Source: Sulfurovum sp. (GTDB taxonomy: Bacteria; Campylobacterota; Campylobacteria; Campylobacterales; Sulfurovaceae). From it: DNA of 61,492 nt. The stretch lies in contig JALWHT010000054.1 in assembly GCA_026983515.1 (NCBI GenBank), positions 1 to 61,492 of the forward strand, written 5' to 3'. Both the position numbers and the translations under genes were made by a program. Positions within the stretch are counted from its first letter, which is position 1, and every line of letters begins with the position of its first letter. The notes under the pieces were generated by a model. The model saw only the letters and a program-made list of their open reading frames with translations, was not told the origin of the DNA and made no database searches. Below are positions 20,534-31,099 of this stretch, one piece after another.

Positions 20534-21796
20534 ATGGGTAATGCTTTAACTCAAAAAATCCTGATTACATTGGGATTCCTTTTTGCGTACAGAGTTTTAG
20601 CCTATATTCCTACTCCGGGGGTTGATTTGACGGTTATCAAAGATTTTTTTGATAACAATACAAACAACGCCCTCGGGATGATGAACATGTTCTCCGGTAA
20701 TGCCGTGAGACGTTTGAGTATCATCTCGTTAGGTATTATGCCTTACATCACAGCTTCCATTGTTATGGAACTCCTCGCAGCAACTTTCCCCACACTCGGT
20801 CAAATGAAAAAAGAACGTGACGGTATGCAGAAGTATATGCAGATCATTCGTTATTTCACTATCTTTATTACAGTAGTACAGGCTATTGGTGTATCCATGG
20901 GTCTACAGAGTATGACGGGACGTGAAGGGCAAAGTGCGGTAATGATCGACCCTGTAACCTTCACGGTATTGACAACCTTCTCTATGTTGACTGGTACAAT
21001 GCTTTTGATGTGGATTGGTGAGCAGATTACGCAGAAAGGTATCGGTAACGGTATCTCTCTGATTATCTTTGCCGGTATTGTTTCGGGTATTCCCGCAGCA
21101 ATAGGAAACACAATCCGTGCGGTCAATGCCGGGGAAATGAATTTCCTGGTTGTTTTAGCAATTCTGGCAGTCGTGCTTGTGACAATTCTTGTCATCATAT
21201 ACGTGGAACTGGGAGAACGCCGTGTGCCTATCTCATACTCACGCAAGACGATTATGCAGAACCAGAGCAAGCGTGTCATGAACTACATCCCTATTAAGGT
21301 GAACCTTTCAGGTGTCATTCCTCCGATCTTCGCATCCGCGGTATTGATGTTCCCGTTGACAATGCTGCAGGCAAGTACCAATCCGGTGTTGACTGCCATT
21401 GCAGATGCATTGAGCCCTGGAGGTATCGTCTTTAACATTGCGACCTTCTTCCTTATTATTTTCTTTGCATTCTTCTATGCCTCTATCGCATTCAATGCGA
21501 AAGATATTGCAGACAATTTGAAGAGACAGGGCGGGTTTATCCCCGGTGTCAGACCCGGTGAACATACCAAAGAGTTTCTCAACGAAGTGGCAAGCCGTCT
21601 GACAGTGTGGGGTGCGATCTATCTTGGACTTATTTCGACAGTACCGTTCGCAATCATTTCGGGTATGGGTGCAAGCTTCTACTTTGGTGGGGTTTCAGTG
21701 CTCATTATTGTTCAGGTAGCACTCGATACGATGCGTAAAATAGAAGCACAGCGTACGATGAACCAGTATGATACACTGGGTAATGTAGGTCTCTAA
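20534..21796 (+). CDS. secY: Preprotein translocase subunit SecY
   Basis: LGIMPYITASI, GIGNGISLIIF, IPGVRPG. Confidence 0.98.
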   Translation: MGNALTQKILITLGFLFAYRVLAYIPTPGVDLTVIKDFFDNNTNNALGMMNMFSGNAVRRLSIISLGIMPYITASIVMELLAATFPTLGQMKKERDGMQKYMQIIRYFTIFITVVQAIGVSMGLQSMTGREGQSAVMIDPVTFTVLTTFSMLTGTMLLMWIGEQITQKGIGNGISLIIFAGIVSGIPAAIGNTIRAVNAGEMNFLVVLAILAVVLVTILVIIYVELGERRVPISYSRKTIMQNQSKRVMNYIPIKVNLSGVIPPIFASAVLMFPLTMLQASTNPVLTAIADALSPGGIVFNIATFFLIIFFAFFYASIAFNAKDIADNLKRQGGFIPGVRPGEHTKEFLNEVASRLTVWGAIYLGLISTVPFAIISGMGASFYFGGVSVLIIVQVALDTMRKIEAQRTMNQYDTLGNVGL

Positions 21797-22563
21797 TGGC
21801 TATTGCAATTCGAAAACCCGATGAGATCGCCAAGCTCAAAGCAGCTGGCGAGATTGTCGGCAATACACTTCAGTATCTTCAATCTATAGTAAAACCCGGT
21901 ATGACACTCAAAGAGATCGATGCGCTCGGTGAAGCATATATCCGTGAGGCAGGAGCAGTCCCGTCATTTAAAGGGCTCTACGGCTTTACCGGTTCGGTCT
22001 GCACTTCACTCAATGAAGTCTGTATCCATGGTGTTCCTGATGATACAGTGGTCAAAGAGGGTGACATTCTCGGACTGGATATCGGTACAAAGCTTGACGG
22101 TTACTTTGGAGATGCGGCAATTACAATGCCTGTCGGTGAAGTTTCCGAAACAGACAAGGCGCTTATAGCATGTTCGAAGGGCGCACTCTATCATGCGATC
22201 GAACAGATTAAACCGGGCATGCGTTTTAAAGAATTGACCAAGATCTTGGAAGACTATATTACCGAAGCCGGTTTTGTTCCCCTTCGCGATTATTGTGGTC
22301 ACGGTATTGGCACCAAACCGCATGATGAACCCAATATTCCCAATTATCTTGAGGGTAAACCCAACCAGGGACCCAAGATTAAAAATGGCATGGTCTTCTG
22401 TCTTGAGCCGATGGTATGTCAAAAAAGCGGTACGCCGGTATTGCTTGATGATGAGTGGTCGGTAGTGAGTGATGACGGTCTGCGGACTGCACACTATGAG
22501 CATCAGGTAGCGGTGGTTGACGGCAAAGCTGTCATCCTCACGGAAGCAACGGCTTCTTCGTAA
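21796..22563 (+). CDS. map: Methionine aminopeptidase type I
   Basis: CIHGVP, GHGIG, EPM, AHYEH. Confidence 0.97.
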   Translation: MAIAIRKPDEIAKLKAAGEIVGNTLQYLQSIVKPGMTLKEIDALGEAYIREAGAVPSFKGLYGFTGSVCTSLNEVCIHGVPDDTVVKEGDILGLDIGTKLDGYFGDAAITMPVGEVSETDKALIACSKGALYHAIEQIKPGMRFKELTKILEDYITEAGFVPLRDYCGHGIGTKPHDEPNIPNYLEGKPNQGPKIKNGMVFCLEPMVCQKSGTPVLLDDEWSVVSDDGLRTAHYEHQVAVVDGKAVILTEATASS

Positions 22564-22582
22564 ACGAAAAAGGATAAACGAC

Positions 22583-22801
22583 ATGGCAAAAGATGACGTA
22601 ATCGAAATCGACGGAAAAGTGGTAGAAGCGTTGCCTAACGCAACCTTCAGAGTAGAATTGGATAACGGGCATGTGGTACTGTGCCATATTGCCGGAAAGA
22701 TGCGTATGCACTACATTAAGATCCTTCCCGGAGACAAAGTAAAAGTTGAACTGACTCCATACAGTCTTGATAAAGGGCGTATCACCTTCAGATACAAATA
22801 A
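22583..22801 (+). CDS. infA: Translation initiation factor IF-1
   Basis: [20 protein letters not shown]. Confidence 0.98.
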   Translation: MAKDDVIEIDGKVVEALPNATFRVELDNGHVVLCHIAGKMRMHYIKILPGDKVKVELTPYSLDKGRITFRYK

Positions 22802-22847
22802 CATACGGGGTGTTGACCGCCCCATGTTTCATACTGCTGCTTAAAAT

Positions 22848-22869
22848 GGTGCGTAGTTACGCACCCTGC
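22848..22869 (-). repeat. REP-like palindrome
   Basis: Minus strand GCAG-GGTGCGTA-AC-TACGCACC, perfect 8-bp stem. Confidence 0.4.
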
Positions 22870-23054
22870 GGGAAATCTCCAAATATAAGAAAAATTCAAG
22901 AAACATTTCGGTATAATCCCTGTCCCTATTACTATAGGTAGTAGGAAACTGCGCGAAGAATCTTTGATTGATTCGCACCGATCACTCAAGGGTTGGATGC
23001 CCTAAACTCGGTCATCCACGCAAACAAAGGGTGCAAAAATTTACAGGAGTCACC

Positions 23055-23168
23055 ATGAAGGTCAGACCATCAGTTAAAAAGATGTGCGATGATTGTAAAA
23101 TCATCAAGCGCAAGGGTATTGTACGCGTGATTTGTAAAAATCCAAAACATAAACAGAGACAAGGATAA
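23055..23168 (+). CDS. rpmJ: 50S ribosomal protein L36
   Basis: [11 protein letters not shown]...HKQRQG. Confidence 0.98.
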   Translation: MKVRPSVKKMCDDCKIIKRKGIVRVICKNPKHKQRQG

Positions 23169-23170
23169 AC

Positions 23171-23533
23171 ATGGCACGTATTGCAGGTGTTGATTTACCA
23201 CAGAAGAAAAGAATGGAGTATGCACTGACATACATCTATGGTATCGGTTTGACAACGTCAAGAAAAATCCTTGACAGAACAGGTATCAGCTACGACAAGA
23301 GAGTTCACGAGCTCACAGATGCGGAAGCGGCAATGATCCGTAACGATATTCAGGAAAACATTATGGTGGAAGGTGACCTTCGAAAGAAAGTTGCAATGGA
23401 TATCAAAGCATTGATGGATCTGGGTAACTACAGAGGTCTCAGACACAGAAGAGGACTTCCTGTTCGTGGACAAAAAACGAAGACAAATGCGCGTACCCGT
23501 AAAGGTAAGCGTAAAACTGTCGGCGCAGCGTAA
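23171..23533 (+). CDS. rpsM: 30S ribosomal protein S13
   Basis: [17 protein letters not shown]. Confidence 0.98.
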   Translation: MARIAGVDLPQKKRMEYALTYIYGIGLTTSRKILDRTGISYDKRVHELTDAEAAMIRNDIQENIMVEGDLRKKVAMDIKALMDLGNYRGLRHRRGLPVRGQKTKTNARTRKGKRKTVGAA

Positions 23534-23546
23534 GGAGTAGCAAAGT

Positions 23547-23921
23547 ATGGCTAAGAAAAAAGCAAAAAAGAGTATTGCAAAAGGTGTTGTGTACGTAGCA
23601 GCGACCTTCAACAATACAGTAATTACTGTAACAGACGAGATGGGTAACGTTATCGCTTGGAGCTCTGCAGGAGCACTTGGATTCAAGGGGTCTAAGAAAT
23701 CGACTCCGTTCGCTGCGACTGAAGCAGTTGCGGATGCAATGGCAAAAGCGAAAGAAAACGGCATCAAAGAGGTCGGGATCAAAGTACAGGGTCCAGGATC
23801 CGGTAGAGATACAGCGGTTAAAGCGATCGGTGCGACTGAAGGAATCCGTGTAACATTCCTCAAGGACATCACTCCGCTTCCACACAATGGTTGTAGACCA
23901 CCTAAGAAGAGAAGGGTATAA
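23547..23921 (+). CDS. rpsK: 30S ribosomal protein S11
   Basis: [14 protein letters not shown]. Confidence 0.98.
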   Translation: MAKKKAKKSIAKGVVYVAATFNNTVITVTDEMGNVIAWSSAGALGFKGSKKSTPFAATEAVADAMAKAKENGIKEVGIKVQGPGSGRDTAVKAIGATEGIRVTFLKDITPLPHNGCRPPKKRRV

Positions 23922-23923
23922 GC

Positions 23924-24550
23924 ATGGCAAGATATAGAGGTCCAGTTGAAAAACTAGAAAGAAGACTTGGTGTTGACCTTGGTCTGAAAGGTGAGAGAAG
24001 ACTTGCCGGTAAATCGGCTTTGGAAAAACGTCCATATGCACCGGGACAGCATGGTCAAAGACGTACAAAAATCAGTGAATACGGTCTTCAGCTTCAAGAG
24101 AAGCAGAAAGCTAAATTCATGTATGGTGTTTCAGAAAAGCAGTTTAGAGCACTTTTCCAGGAAGCAAACAGAAGAGAAGGGAACACCGGTGCTATTCTGA
24201 TTCAACTGCTCGAGCAAAGACTTGATAACGTTGTATACAGAATGGGGTTTGCAACGACAAGAGCATCTGCAAGACAGTTTGTCAACCATGGTCATATCCT
24301 TGTTGACGGTAAGCGTGTTGACATTCCTTCTTACAGAGTGAAGCCAGGCCAGAAAATCGAGATCAGAGAGAAGAGCAAAAACAACCCTCAGATCCTCAGA
24401 GCGATCGAGTTGACAAACCAGACCGGTATGGTTGAGTGGGTTGACGTCGATAAAGAAAAACTCTTCGGAATCTTTACAAGAATTCCAGAAAGAGATGAGA
24501 TTTCAATTCCTGTGGAAGAGCGTCTAATCGTCGAGCTGTACTCTAAATAA
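23924..24550 (+). CDS. rpsD: 30S ribosomal protein S4
   Basis: [23 protein letters not shown]. Confidence 0.98.
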   Translation: MARYRGPVEKLERRLGVDLGLKGERRLAGKSALEKRPYAPGQHGQRRTKISEYGLQLQEKQKAKFMYGVSEKQFRALFQEANRREGNTGAILIQLLEQRLDNVVYRMGFATTRASARQFVNHGHILVDGKRVDIPSYRVKPGQKIEIREKSKNNPQILRAIELTNQTGMVEWVDVDKEKLFGIFTRIPERDEISIPVEERLIVELYSK

Positions 24551-24570
24551 TCGTAGTAAAGGCTAGTTAA

Positions 24571-25572
24571 ATGAGAAAAATTAAAGTTGCACCATTTATG
24601 CCGACAGAAGTGGAAGTTAATGAGATCAGCGCTAATCGTGCTGAAATCGTTGCCTACCCTTTTGAGAGCGGTTATGCTGTTACACTCGCACATCCGCTTA
24701 GACGTCTGATCCTCGGATCGTCTATCGGGTATGCACCAATCTCCATCAGGATCGAAGGAGCAGCACATGAGTTTGATACAGTAAGAGGTATGCATGAAGA
24801 TGTTGCCGTATTTATTATCAATCTCAAGAATATTCGCTTCAAAATCAAAGATGAGAGTGATAGAGTAGAGCTAAGCTATAGCTTCTCTGGGCACAAAGAG
24901 GTTACTGCACAGGATCTCAACAACGATCAGGTCGAAGTGGTCAACGGTGATTTGCCGCTGGCAACACTGAACGAAGATGCCGAATTGAACTTTACTGTAG
25001 TGATAGCCAGAGGTATAGGTTATGTTCCAAGCGAAGAACTCAGAGACGATGTTGATCCTGAAGCCATTGCATTGGATGCCTTTTTCACACCTGTAAGAAA
25101 AGCGAACTATAAAATCGAGCCTGTCCTTGTTGAGGACAATCCGAATTTTGAAAAGATTGTCTTTGACATTGAAACAGATGCACAGATCGGTCCGGTTGAA
25201 GCATTTACCAACGCTTTGGAAGTCATGAACAAGCAGCTTTCCGTATTTAACGGTGTGCTTGATGTTGACATCTCTTCTCCCGCGCCTCGCAGAAGTGGTG
25301 ACGAGAGTGAGATCAAACCCTTCCTCCAGCCGGTAGATTCACTGGGGCTGAGTGCACGTTCATTTAACTCACTGGACAGAGCCGGCATCAAATATCTGGG
25401 TGAACTGGTATTGATGAGCGAGACTGAGATCAAGAACATTAAAAATCTGGGCAAAAAATCTCTCGATGAGATCAATGAATGCCTTGTTGAGCACGGTTTT
25501 GGTCCTGAGTTTGAACTTGCAGAGAGCACAAGAGCGAATCTTGTAAAAAAATTAGAGCAGCTGAAAGCATAA
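24571..25572 (+). CDS. rpoA: RNA polymerase alpha subunit
   Basis: PFESGYAVTL, LSARSFNSL, NLGKKSL. Confidence 0.98.
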   Translation: MRKIKVAPFMPTEVEVNEISANRAEIVAYPFESGYAVTLAHPLRRLILGSSIGYAPISIRIEGAAHEFDTVRGMHEDVAVFIINLKNIRFKIKDESDRVELSYSFSGHKEVTAQDLNNDQVEVVNGDLPLATLNEDAELNFTVVIARGIGYVPSEELRDDVDPEAIALDAFFTPVRKANYKIEPVLVEDNPNFEKIVFDIETDAQIGPVEAFTNALEVMNKQLSVFNGVLDVDISSPAPRRSGDESEIKPFLQPVDSLGLSARSFNSLDRAGIKYLGELVLMSETEIKNIKNLGKKSLDEINECLVEHGFGPEFELAESTRANLVKKLEQLKA

Positions 25573-25594
25573 GCTGCCCCAATAAAGGAAAGAT

Positions 25595-25945
25595 ATGAGA
25601 CATAAGCACGGATATCGTAAACTGAACAGAACCTCTTCTCACAGAGCGGCACTGCTTAAAAATCTCGCGATCGCTCTGACAAAAGAGGGAAGAATCGAGA
25701 CAACACTGCCAAAAGCGAAAGAGTTGAGAAGTTATTACGAAAAACTGATCACAAAGGCATCTGCCGGTGATTTCAACGCACACAGAGCTGTTTTTGCATT
25801 GCTGCAGGACAAAGAGTGTACAAACAAAATCGTTAATGAGATCGCACCTGAATACGCCGAAAGAAACGGCGGTTATACACGTATCATTAAGACACGTACA
25901 CGTAGAGGTGATGCAGCACCTATGGCGATTATCGAACTCGTATAA
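25595..25945 (+). CDS. rplQ: 50S ribosomal protein L17
   Basis: [20 protein letters not shown]. Confidence 0.98.
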   Translation: MRHKHGYRKLNRTSSHRAALLKNLAIALTKEGRIETTLPKAKELRSYYEKLITKASAGDFNAHRAVFALLQDKECTNKIVNEIAPEYAERNGGYTRIIKTRTRRGDAAPMAIIELV

Positions 25946-25959
25946 TCGTTCTGCACTCC

Positions 25960-25990
25960 GTACCCAGGGGTTCCCGGGTACTTACTTTCA
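25960..25990 (+). terminator. Putative intrinsic terminator after rplQ
   Basis: GTACCC...GGGTAC stem followed by a T-rich tract. Confidence 0.5.
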
Positions 25991-26119
25991 AAAATATTTT
26001 CAAAAATTAAATCTTCCATTGACAAAACAAGTGTTTTAGTGTATAAACACAGTAACAAAACCCATATAGGGGTTTATTTCTGAAATTTGATATAATAATA
26101 AAAATAAGAAGGAGTACAA

Positions 26120-26398
26120 TTGATCCCCTTTACAGATGAAGAGCTGTTTCCACCGGTAAAAGATGTGATAGAGAAGGTAAGACCTTCTATCAAACTTGAT
26201 GGCGGAGACATTGAGCTAATCGACATAAAAGACGGTGTGGTTTATGTACAGCTTCAAGGTGCGTGTGTTGGCTGTGGCAGCAGCGGAACAACACTTAAGT
26301 TTGGTGTGGAACAGCAGTTAAAAACACTGATTCATCCGGAGCTTCGTGTGATGAATGTACCACAAGGTTTCGAAGATAAACTGGATCAATTAGGATAA
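26120..26398 (+). CDS. NifU/Nfu-like Fe-S carrier protein
   Basis: VRPSIKLDGGDIEL, GACVGC; TTG start after AAGGAG. Confidence 0.9.
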   Translation: MIPFTDEELFPPVKDVIEKVRPSIKLDGGDIELIDIKDGVVYVQLQGACVGCGSSGTTLKFGVEQQLKTLIHPELRVMNVPQGFEDKLDQLG

Positions 26399-26399
26399 G

Positions 26400-26981
26400 A
26401 TGAGAAAAGTAAATCCGGATCTTTTGTTGGAGCGTGCAGAACGCGAATTTCTTGAAGGTGATTACCAGTTGGCACTGCAGACTTATGGTTTGCTGCTGAA
26501 GGATTACCCTACACTTGAAGAAGCGAAGGTGGGGGTATACCTGAGCGATTTGGGTATCGAGAGTGATGAAGAAGCGCAGGCACTTTTTGATTATTATCAT
26601 ATCATTAAGCAGGAGCGTGAAAATGCTGCCGATATTATTGATGGGCTCATTGAATCGCTTTCGACAACCAAAATGCAGCTAAGCGAGTTGTTGGTTGACC
26701 CGGTGCAGGAAGAGGTAGAATACAGTGACGGCATCCGATACAGTGACTTTCTTGAGTTGGTAAAAAGCCGAGGCAGTTTTAAAAAGGCTTTTGAAGATAT
26801 TATGTTTTCAACCAAGGTAGTCATTACAGACAAGGATCAGTTCATCGATTTTGTTACCCGATTGGCAAAAGAAGGATTTGATGATATGGCACTGAACTAT
26901 TTGGATGCAACGACAAGCCTTTTTGGTAACGACCAGGATGTGCTTGCCCTCTATAACGTTGTAAAAGGAATGAAAGAATGA
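26400..26981 (+). CDS. Conserved hypothetical helical (TPR-like) protein
   Basis: 193 aa between nfu and murE, translationally coupled. Confidence 0.7.
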   Translation: MRKVNPDLLLERAEREFLEGDYQLALQTYGLLLKDYPTLEEAKVGVYLSDLGIESDEEAQALFDYYHIIKQERENAADIIDGLIESLSTTKMQLSELLVDPVQEEVEYSDGIRYSDFLELVKSRGSFKKAFEDIMFSTKVVITDKDQFIDFVTRLAKEGFDDMALNYLDATTSLFGNDQDVLALYNVVKGMKE

Positions 26982-28270
26982 AAGTTCCCTTCAAAATGAA
27001 GGGATATGCCTTCATTACTGACAATACAAACAAGCTGGACAGTGATACACTTTTTCTAAAAACGGCGCAAAATACGCCTTATTTTGATTCACTTGAAACC
27101 AAACCTGTATACATAACTCCCAAAGAACTGATAGCTCTGTGGGAACTTGACGATATGCGGGTCGTGGGCGTCACAGGCACCAACGGTAAAACAACTGTAA
27201 CCGCAGCAATCTACTCTTTTCTGCTTGATCTTGGTGAAAAGCCGGCACTTCAGGGTACACGGGGACTTTTTGCGGAAGAACAGCGCATAGAAGCAAAGAG
27301 TATGACTACGCCTTCCATTCTTGAAACACTGCACAATATGAAACAGACCCATGACCGTGGCTGTAATTATTTCATTATGGAAGTCAGTTCTCACGCTATC
27401 CATCAGCAGCGCATAGAGGGAATTACTTTCGCATTAAAAGTACATACCAATGTGACGCGGGACCATCTTGATTATCATGGTACAGTAGAAGAGTACCGCC
27501 GTGTCAAAAGCCTTTTCTTTGCAGATGATACGATGAAGCTGCTGAACAAGGATGATATCAAGCATATTACGTTTAATCCAAGAAATGCCTACAGCTATGG
27601 GGTGGATGAACCTGCAACCTACAAGGTACAGGCGTTCTCACTGGTAAATGGTATTACCGCCGGTATCAAATATTTGCGGGAAGAGGCAAGTTTCCATTCC
27701 CCTATGGTGGGGCTTTTCAACCTTTTCAATCTTATGGCGGCGATTGGTTCTGTGCATCTTTTGACCAAACGTCCCCTGCAGGAAGTGTGCGATGTCGTCG
27801 AGAACTTCGCAGGGGTTGCCGGACGCATGGAGGTTGTCAGTACCGATCCTTTGGTCATTGTCGATTTTGCCCATACTGATGACGGGATCCACGCGGTACT
27901 TGAATCGATGAAAGACCGGGATATCAGTGTGGTTTTTGGTGCGGGAGGAAACCGTGACAAGGAGAAGCGTCCGCGAATGGGTGCTGTTGCGGGGCGTTAT
28001 GCCAACAAAATCTATGTAACATCGGACAACCCACGTGACGAAGTACCGGAGATGATTTTAGAAGATATTCTCAACGGGCTGGTGGGTAAAGAAAACGTCA
28101 CGGCCTGTCCCGACAGACGCCTTTCTATCAAAATGGCACTCGATGCGCTTGAACCAAACGAAGTATTGCTGATCCTTGGAAAAGGTGATGAGGATTATCA
28201 GGAGATCAAAGGGGTGAAGTATCCTTTTGATGACCGTGAAGTGGTTCGGGAGTTGTTGGGTATTTCATAG
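26978..28270 (+). CDS. murE: UDP-MurNAc-dipeptide--DAP ligase
   Basis: GVTGTNGKTT, MEVSSH, DFAHT, SDNPR. Confidence 0.96.
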   Translation: MKVPFKMKGYAFITDNTNKLDSDTLFLKTAQNTPYFDSLETKPVYITPKELIALWELDDMRVVGVTGTNGKTTVTAAIYSFLLDLGEKPALQGTRGLFAEEQRIEAKSMTTPSILETLHNMKQTHDRGCNYFIMEVSSHAIHQQRIEGITFALKVHTNVTRDHLDYHGTVEEYRRVKSLFFADDTMKLLNKDDIKHITFNPRNAYSYGVDEPATYKVQAFSLVNGITAGIKYLREEASFHSPMVGLFNLFNLMAAIGSVHLLTKRPLQEVCDVVENFAGVAGRMEVVSTDPLVIVDFAHTDDGIHAVLESMKDRDISVVFGAGGNRDKEKRPRMGAVAGRYANKIYVTSDNPRDEVPEMILEDILNGLVGKENVTACPDRRLSIKMALDALEPNEVLLILGKGDEDYQEIKGVKYPFDDREVVRELLGIS

Positions 28271-28304
28271 TTTTTGTAGGAGTTATCCCCCCCCTCTTTA
28301 CAAT

Positions 28305-28355
28305 CGGTGTTGTGAGGGTGTCTCAAAGAAGTGCCTGTGGTGCACAACATCCTAC
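28305..28355 (-). repeat. Extended GTAG REP with an inserted loop module
   Basis: Minus strand GTAGGATGTTGTG-CACCACAGGCACTTCTTTGAGACA-CCCTCACAACACCG; homologous to 49265-49315. Confidence 0.75.
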
Positions 28356-29632
28356 GCGATATTCATCTCAAACTTTTCCCCTGTTTTCTGTGTATGTACA
28401 TAAAGTTTCCATGCATGTACAATCTGCCAGAGCATCCAGCCAAAGGAGAGCAGGGTAAGCGTGGCTGCAAGATAGATCACTGCCGGGATGAAGACAGAAA
28501 CTGTAAAAGCCAAGAGTGTAGCGATATGAATATAAAGGTGTTTCATTGCCGTTTTGGGGTGAATGACCTCATGCATCATAGGAGCGGTAAAGTATCCCTG
28601 TGAGTTAAGATGAAACCATGTCAGAAAGGGAACAATTTTGTAAAACATGGCCAGGACAATACTCAGTGCAAATCCTGCAAAAAAGATGTAGTTAAGTGCT
28701 TTCAGGCTTGCAACATCGTAAAAGCGGGTATCGAGAGTGGCAGCCATGCTAAGCACCAGCAGACCCATACCAAGACGCCACAGCCAGACAGTGGCATCGG
28801 CAATAGGACGTTTGCGCTGTGAAAGACGGCGCAGGGTCATCAGGGCATAGCAGAGCATGAAGATGATGATGAAAAGATCAATAACCATCCATGTTTTTTC
28901 AAAGAAAAAGCTTCCAACCGTGCCTATGAGCAGTAACCCGAAAACCCTCTGTGGTAGAGATTTGCTGATAAACGCAGGATACGGGGGTGTAACGTAGAAC
29001 ATTTCTATGACCTGAAAGGAGATGGAAATGATCAGCAGGGCGATCCACCCAAAGAGCCCAAAAGAGTAGTGTGCTGTTTTGATCTGTGTGTAGTAGTTGC
29101 CTTGCCAGAGTCCTGCGAGAGTGCCGGTCATATAGAGTGCCAACAGGGTTAGAACAACCAAAGATGTAAGTGCCACACTCATTCCCCTTGAAGAGTTGCT
29201 GTGATTTGGAAGGGCTATCAGGTTTTTGAGCATCACAAAGGCAATGCCGAGGATAGCACTGCCAAGCAGTAAGGATGCGCCCATAAAGAATGCCGGTTTA
29301 CCACTGTGGAAAGCAAAAAGCAGACTCAATACACCGAGAATGAAGGGGTACTGGACGAGGTTTGCTTTTTGGGTAGGCGCAGTGAGCTTGATTCCGGCTA
29401 TGACCGGTAGCATCTGAAAAAGAGCAGCAAACATAAAAGAGAGCATTACGCCCAGTGTCAGTGTGTGGGTTATGATGAGTGCCTGTGTGGTGTCAGGGTT
29501 GAAAATATCTGTGCCAAAGAGGCATATGAATGTTCCGGCTAACAGACCAAAGAGACTTCCGGAGAGAAAAAAACGGAAAACGACCGATATAGGTGGTGCC
29601 TGATCGAGCGAAAGACCGTTTTGGTTAAACAT
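28352..29632 (-). CDS. Multi-pass membrane protein
   Basis: About 12 TM segments, GLSLDQAPP, THTLTLG, YKIVPFLTWFHL. Confidence 0.8.
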   Translation of the reverse strand: MFNQNGLSLDQAPPISVVFRFFLSGSLFGLLAGTFICLFGTDIFNPDTTQALIITHTLTLGVMLSFMFAALFQMLPVIAGIKLTAPTQKANLVQYPFILGVLSLLFAFHSGKPAFFMGASLLLGSAILGIAFVMLKNLIALPNHSNSSRGMSVALTSLVVLTLLALYMTGTLAGLWQGNYYTQIKTAHYSFGLFGWIALLIISISFQVIEMFYVTPPYPAFISKSLPQRVFGLLLIGTVGSFFFEKTWMVIDLFIIIFMLCYALMTLRRLSQRKRPIADATVWLWRLGMGLLVLSMAATLDTRFYDVASLKALNYIFFAGFALSIVLAMFYKIVPFLTWFHLNSQGYFTAPMMHEVIHPKTAMKHLYIHIATLLAFTVSVFIPAVIYLAATLTLLSFGWMLWQIVHAWKLYVHTQKTGEKFEMNIA

Positions 29633-29885
29633 CGCAAAGTGCCTCGAGATTACGTGTTCTGTCCCGCGCGATGATGATGTGCCAGGTACCGCTATTGTCT
29701 TCTTTGTTGAATACCCCAAGTCCCTGCTCTTTTGCCAATTCAATGAGCGGGATAGGGTTTTTTCTGTGTATCATATAGAAATAGTTGTCTTTGTTGAGTT
29801 CTCGGATGGCGGCAATGGCACGTTCAAGTGGAATGGGATGTTCCAGTTCCCGTGCGTCAAGAAATATCTTTTCTATTGTCGGCAT
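29625..29885 (-). CDS. DUF2249/TusA-like small protein
   Basis: LDARELEHPIPLE, HRKNPIPL. Confidence 0.7.
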   Translation of the reverse strand: MPTIEKIFLDARELEHPIPLERAIAAIRELNKDNYFYMIHRKNPIPLIELAKEQGLGVFNKEDNSGTWHIIIARDRTRNLEALCDV

Positions 29886-29890
29886 AGCGC

Positions 29891-30331
29891 TCAAAGCTCC
29901 ACCTGTTTCATTTTTGAGAGGGTTTCCTCTTTAAGGTCAGGTGGTAGCAACCGTTCACACATGGCATAGAGCATCTGCTCCTCTTTCATATTGTGTTGCT
30001 GCAGCAGGATCATCATTGATTCACACAGTGAGAGGTAGGCATCTCTGTCCTGTGCTTCGAGCGCTTCTGCCAGTTTTCCAATGAGACCTTTAACCTGCTC
30101 ATGTTCGTAGCGCATGACTTGTGTAGGTCCCTGTACATTGCCTGTCTGGGCTTCGAAAGTAGGGAAAAGCTCCTCTTCTTCCCGTTTAAAATGTGTTAGT
30201 GTATCGTTTGAAAAAGCCAAAAACGCTTTTTCTGCTGTTTGCCAGTCACTGTTGGCTGCCGCCTGTTCTGCAGCGGCAAAATGGTCGTCACAGCTTCGGT
30301 GTTCATCGGTCATAAATTGTGCAATGCCCAT
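29891..30331 (-). CDS. Hemerythrin-domain protein
   Basis: HxxCD, HFKREEEELFP, EHEQV, HNMKEEQMLY. Confidence 0.9.
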   Translation of the reverse strand: MGIAQFMTDEHRSCDDHFAAAEQAAANSDWQTAEKAFLAFSNDTLTHFKREEEELFPTFEAQTGNVQGPTQVMRYEHEQVKGLIGKLAEALEAQDRDAYLSLCESMMILLQQHNMKEEQMLYAMCERLLPPDLKEETLSKMKQVEL

Positions 30332-30334
30332 AGG

Positions 30335-30958
30335 TTACTCCTTTGTTTCGTGGATGGTGATCATCTGATCCCATAAATCTTGTGACAGTAAAATGCGTTC
30401 TACGCGCCCCTGCCAGAGCTGTTTGAACTGTGCTTTTTCTTCAGGGGTGGCATTTCCCTGAAGGCTCTTTGCCATCAATGGTTTCATCATCGGGTCGGCC
30501 GGAATGATGGATGCATCGTAACTCAGTGTGACACGCTGCTCTGTCGCCAGTCGGGTGAGGGTTACCTCCCCGTTCATGGGCACGTTGTAGGAAACAAGGT
30601 TGTCACGGGAAAAATGTCCGCCTATGCCTTTAAAGCCGCTTTTTCCGTTTGCGCCGACAATGAAAGAGATGACGTTACAGATGACCCCGGTCACACCGTC
30701 AGTTTCCCCGTCACGCATAGCAACATGAATGTGCCCCCTCTGAGGCAGAACGCCATCATCTTCCGGATAAAGGGCTTCGAGTCCTTTTAGGGCAAGAAGA
30801 TAGGCACCTGCAACAGTAGGGCAGGAGTGCCCGGCAAGCTTGACGCACTCAAGATAGGAGATTTCCAGTTTACCCTCTTCGAAGGCACCGAGAAAGTCAC
30901 TTAGCGGATCCTGCAACGCGATGGTAGGAACTTTGTCAAAAAAGTCGGGATAGTGCAT
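30335..30958 (-). CDS. FmdE-family protein
   Basis: AGHSCPTVAGAY motif; start MHYPDF after AAGGAG. Confidence 0.7.
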   Translation of the reverse strand: MHYPDFFDKVPTIALQDPLSDFLGAFEEGKLEISYLECVKLAGHSCPTVAGAYLLALKGLEALYPEDDGVLPQRGHIHVAMRDGETDGVTGVICNVISFIVGANGKSGFKGIGGHFSRDNLVSYNVPMNGEVTLTRLATEQRVTLSYDASIIPADPMMKPLMAKSLQGNATPEEKAQFKQLWQGRVERILLSQDLWDQMITIHETKE

Positions 30959-31099
30959 CAATGCTCCTTGTGATATGATAATGCGATTATAATTGAAAAT
31001 GGCAAACAATCTGTTGATATGTGTCAATCGGTGTTTAATCCTCGTTTAAGTAACTCAGAGTAAAATACTCCTAATTAAAATATGCTTAAAGGATTAACC

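Noticed and set aside
20122-21800. Absence of rpmD (L30) and adk from the spc cluster
   Set aside because: This is the usual arrangement in Campylobacterota
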